Source: Gemmatimonadaceae bacterium
GTDB taxonomy: Bacteria; Gemmatimonadota; Gemmatimonadetes; Gemmatimonadales; Gemmatimonadaceae
Direction of reading: 5' to 3'
Assembly: GCA_025928335.1 (NCBI GenBank)
Contig: JAICJQ010000004.1
Span: 6,228-70,227, forward strand
Length of the DNA: 64,000 bases
Part shown: positions 63,255 through 64,000 of the stretch, piece after piece
How the letters are laid out: each line of letters begins with the position of its first letter
Position numbering within the stretch: position 1 is the stretch's first letter
The notes under the pieces: generated by a model
Seen by the model: only the letters and a program-made list of their open reading frames with translations
The model's database searches: none
What the model was told of the DNA's origin: nothing
Made by a program: the position numbers and the translations under genes

Positions 63255-63737
63255 CTACTTCGCGTTCGACATCACCTTGATGAGCTGGATCTGTCCGGCG
63301 TGGTAGATCGCATGGCACGTGACGCCCAAGACGAGATTGAGCCTCGCCCGCTCATCGAGCGGCGATGACCCGGCGTTCGTGGCGATGTCGGCCACCACCG
63401 CGGCCAACCGCTCCTGGGTCGCGTCGACCGTACTGCGAACGTCGTCCCACGACAGGGTGTTTCCGGGAAGCTCGAACCAATCGCTCCCTTCGAGAACGAA
63501 CGCTCCCGGCGCCTGTCCCGTGAGCTGACCGATCACCGAATGGGCGCAAAATGCATGGTGCAACGCGATTTCCGCGATGTTGTGCCGGCCGACACCTGGA
63601 CGCCAGAACGCCGTAGTATCTGATATGTCGGCGATTGCCGCCTTGAGATCGGCGCCGTGCCACGCGCCCGGTCCGTATCCCTCTTCGAGCACGCGTGGAA
63701 GAATGCTCGAATCAATGCTGGTTGCTACGCTAGCCAC
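63255..63737 (-). CDS. DinB-superfamily (DinB_2-like) four-helix-bundle protein
   Basis: AWHGADL, NIAEIALHHAFCAH and CHAIYHAGQIQLI supply the usual His triad positions. GTG start. Confidence 0.75.
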   Translation of the reverse strand: MASVATSIDSSILPRVLEEGYGPGAWHGADLKAAIADISDTTAFWRPGVGRHNIAEIALHHAFCAHSVIGQLTGQAPGAFVLEGSDWFELPGNTLSWDDVRSTVDATQERLAAVVADIATNAGSSPLDERARLNLVLGVTCHAIYHAGQIQLIKVMSNAK

Positions 63738-63764
63738 GTTCCCCTCGGACGTTAAATTTCCAAC

Positions 63765-64000
63765 ATGCTAATGCACGGCCGTGCAGACGTCTTGGCAAAA
63801 ATTGCAGCCGGCACGGCGGCGGCGGTTCGCGATCGCCACCTGCGGGGCGCGCCGGGAGACGCCGTCGCCAAGCCGCTCGCGCGAGGCGACGGCTGGTCCG
63901 TCGTCGATGTCGTCTGCACCTGCGGCCCGAGCGACCGGGTCTTCGAAGAAGTACACACCCGACAGTCGATCGGCGTCGTGCTCTCGGGAACGTTTCAGCA
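63765..64000 (+). CDS. AraC-family transcriptional regulator, N-terminal part (continues beyond the window; absent from the ORF track because it has no stop in the window)
   Basis: My own translation: MLMHGRADVLAKIAAGTAAAVRDRHLRGAPGDAVAKPLARGDGWSVVDVVCTCGPSDRVFEEVHTRQSIGVVLSGTFQ. The GWSV.DV.CT.GP.DR.FEE.H...SI..V..G.F pattern is a recurrent AraC-family N-terminal domain. Confidence 0.65.
   Translation, partial: MLMHGRADVLAKIAAGTAAAVRDRHLRGAPGDAVAKPLARGDGWSVVDVVCTCGPSDRVFEEVHTRQSIGVVLSGTFQ

Noticed and set aside
63752-63958. Two listed minus-strand ORFs (62 and 68 aa)
   Set aside because: They are antisense to the AraC-family N-terminal coding sequence, which is read clearly on the + strand.
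1-64000. Searched by eye for tRNA/rRNA genes, integrases, transposases, phage structural genes, toxin-antitoxin pairs and known defence-system hallmarks (Cas, RM methylase/nuclease pairs, STAND/TIR/Sir2, reverse transcriptase)
   Set aside because: None recognised. Intergenic gaps are short, at most about 235 nt, and are accounted for by promoters, terminators and the repeats described. I therefore do not claim a defence or mobile island.

Overview
High-GC (about two-thirds G+C by eye), densely coding bacterial chromosomal segment. I call 57 protein-coding genes (two run off the window ends), one probable pseudogene, and no rRNA, tRNA, CRISPR, transposase, integrase or phage genes. Three themes dominate. 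(1) Ten secreted or periplasmic peptidases: M28, two M1, S41, S9/DPP-IV, M16, two M24, M20 and a tricorn homolog. (2) Glycan and sugar turnover: GH3, GH20, GH15, glucose dehydrogenase and gluconokinase. (3) A translationally coupled, largely Tat/Sec-exported oxidoreductase operon at 45.3-53.6 kb: TIM-barrel isomerase, GMC flavoprotein plus small subunit, two Gfo/Idh/MocA, DUF1080 and an NHS-type MFS. Housekeeping genes include glnA, cspA, yggX, ligD, cls and an MqnA/MqnD-family gene. The gene content and a REP-like intergenic repeat suggest a soil Gemmatimonadota/Acidobacteriota-like organism; this is inference only. I found no recognisable defence island or mobile element. The less ordinary signals are: a 7-nt GGGCGAC-type tandem repeat that recurs in three contexts and should form G-quadruplexes; a composite REP-like palindrome with an AT-rich all-frame-stop core; a plasmid-type RepA-like initiator inside an ordinary operon; a sensorless orphan histidine kinase overlapping a MerR-like gene, next to a bipolar acidic/basic histone-H1-like protein; a membrane-anchored protein whose N-terminus looks like a degenerate [FeFe]-hydrogenase H-domain; and an outer-membrane beta-barrel gene broken by two compensating frameshifts. 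All functional calls come from motif recognition by eye on the supplied translations; no searches were run.
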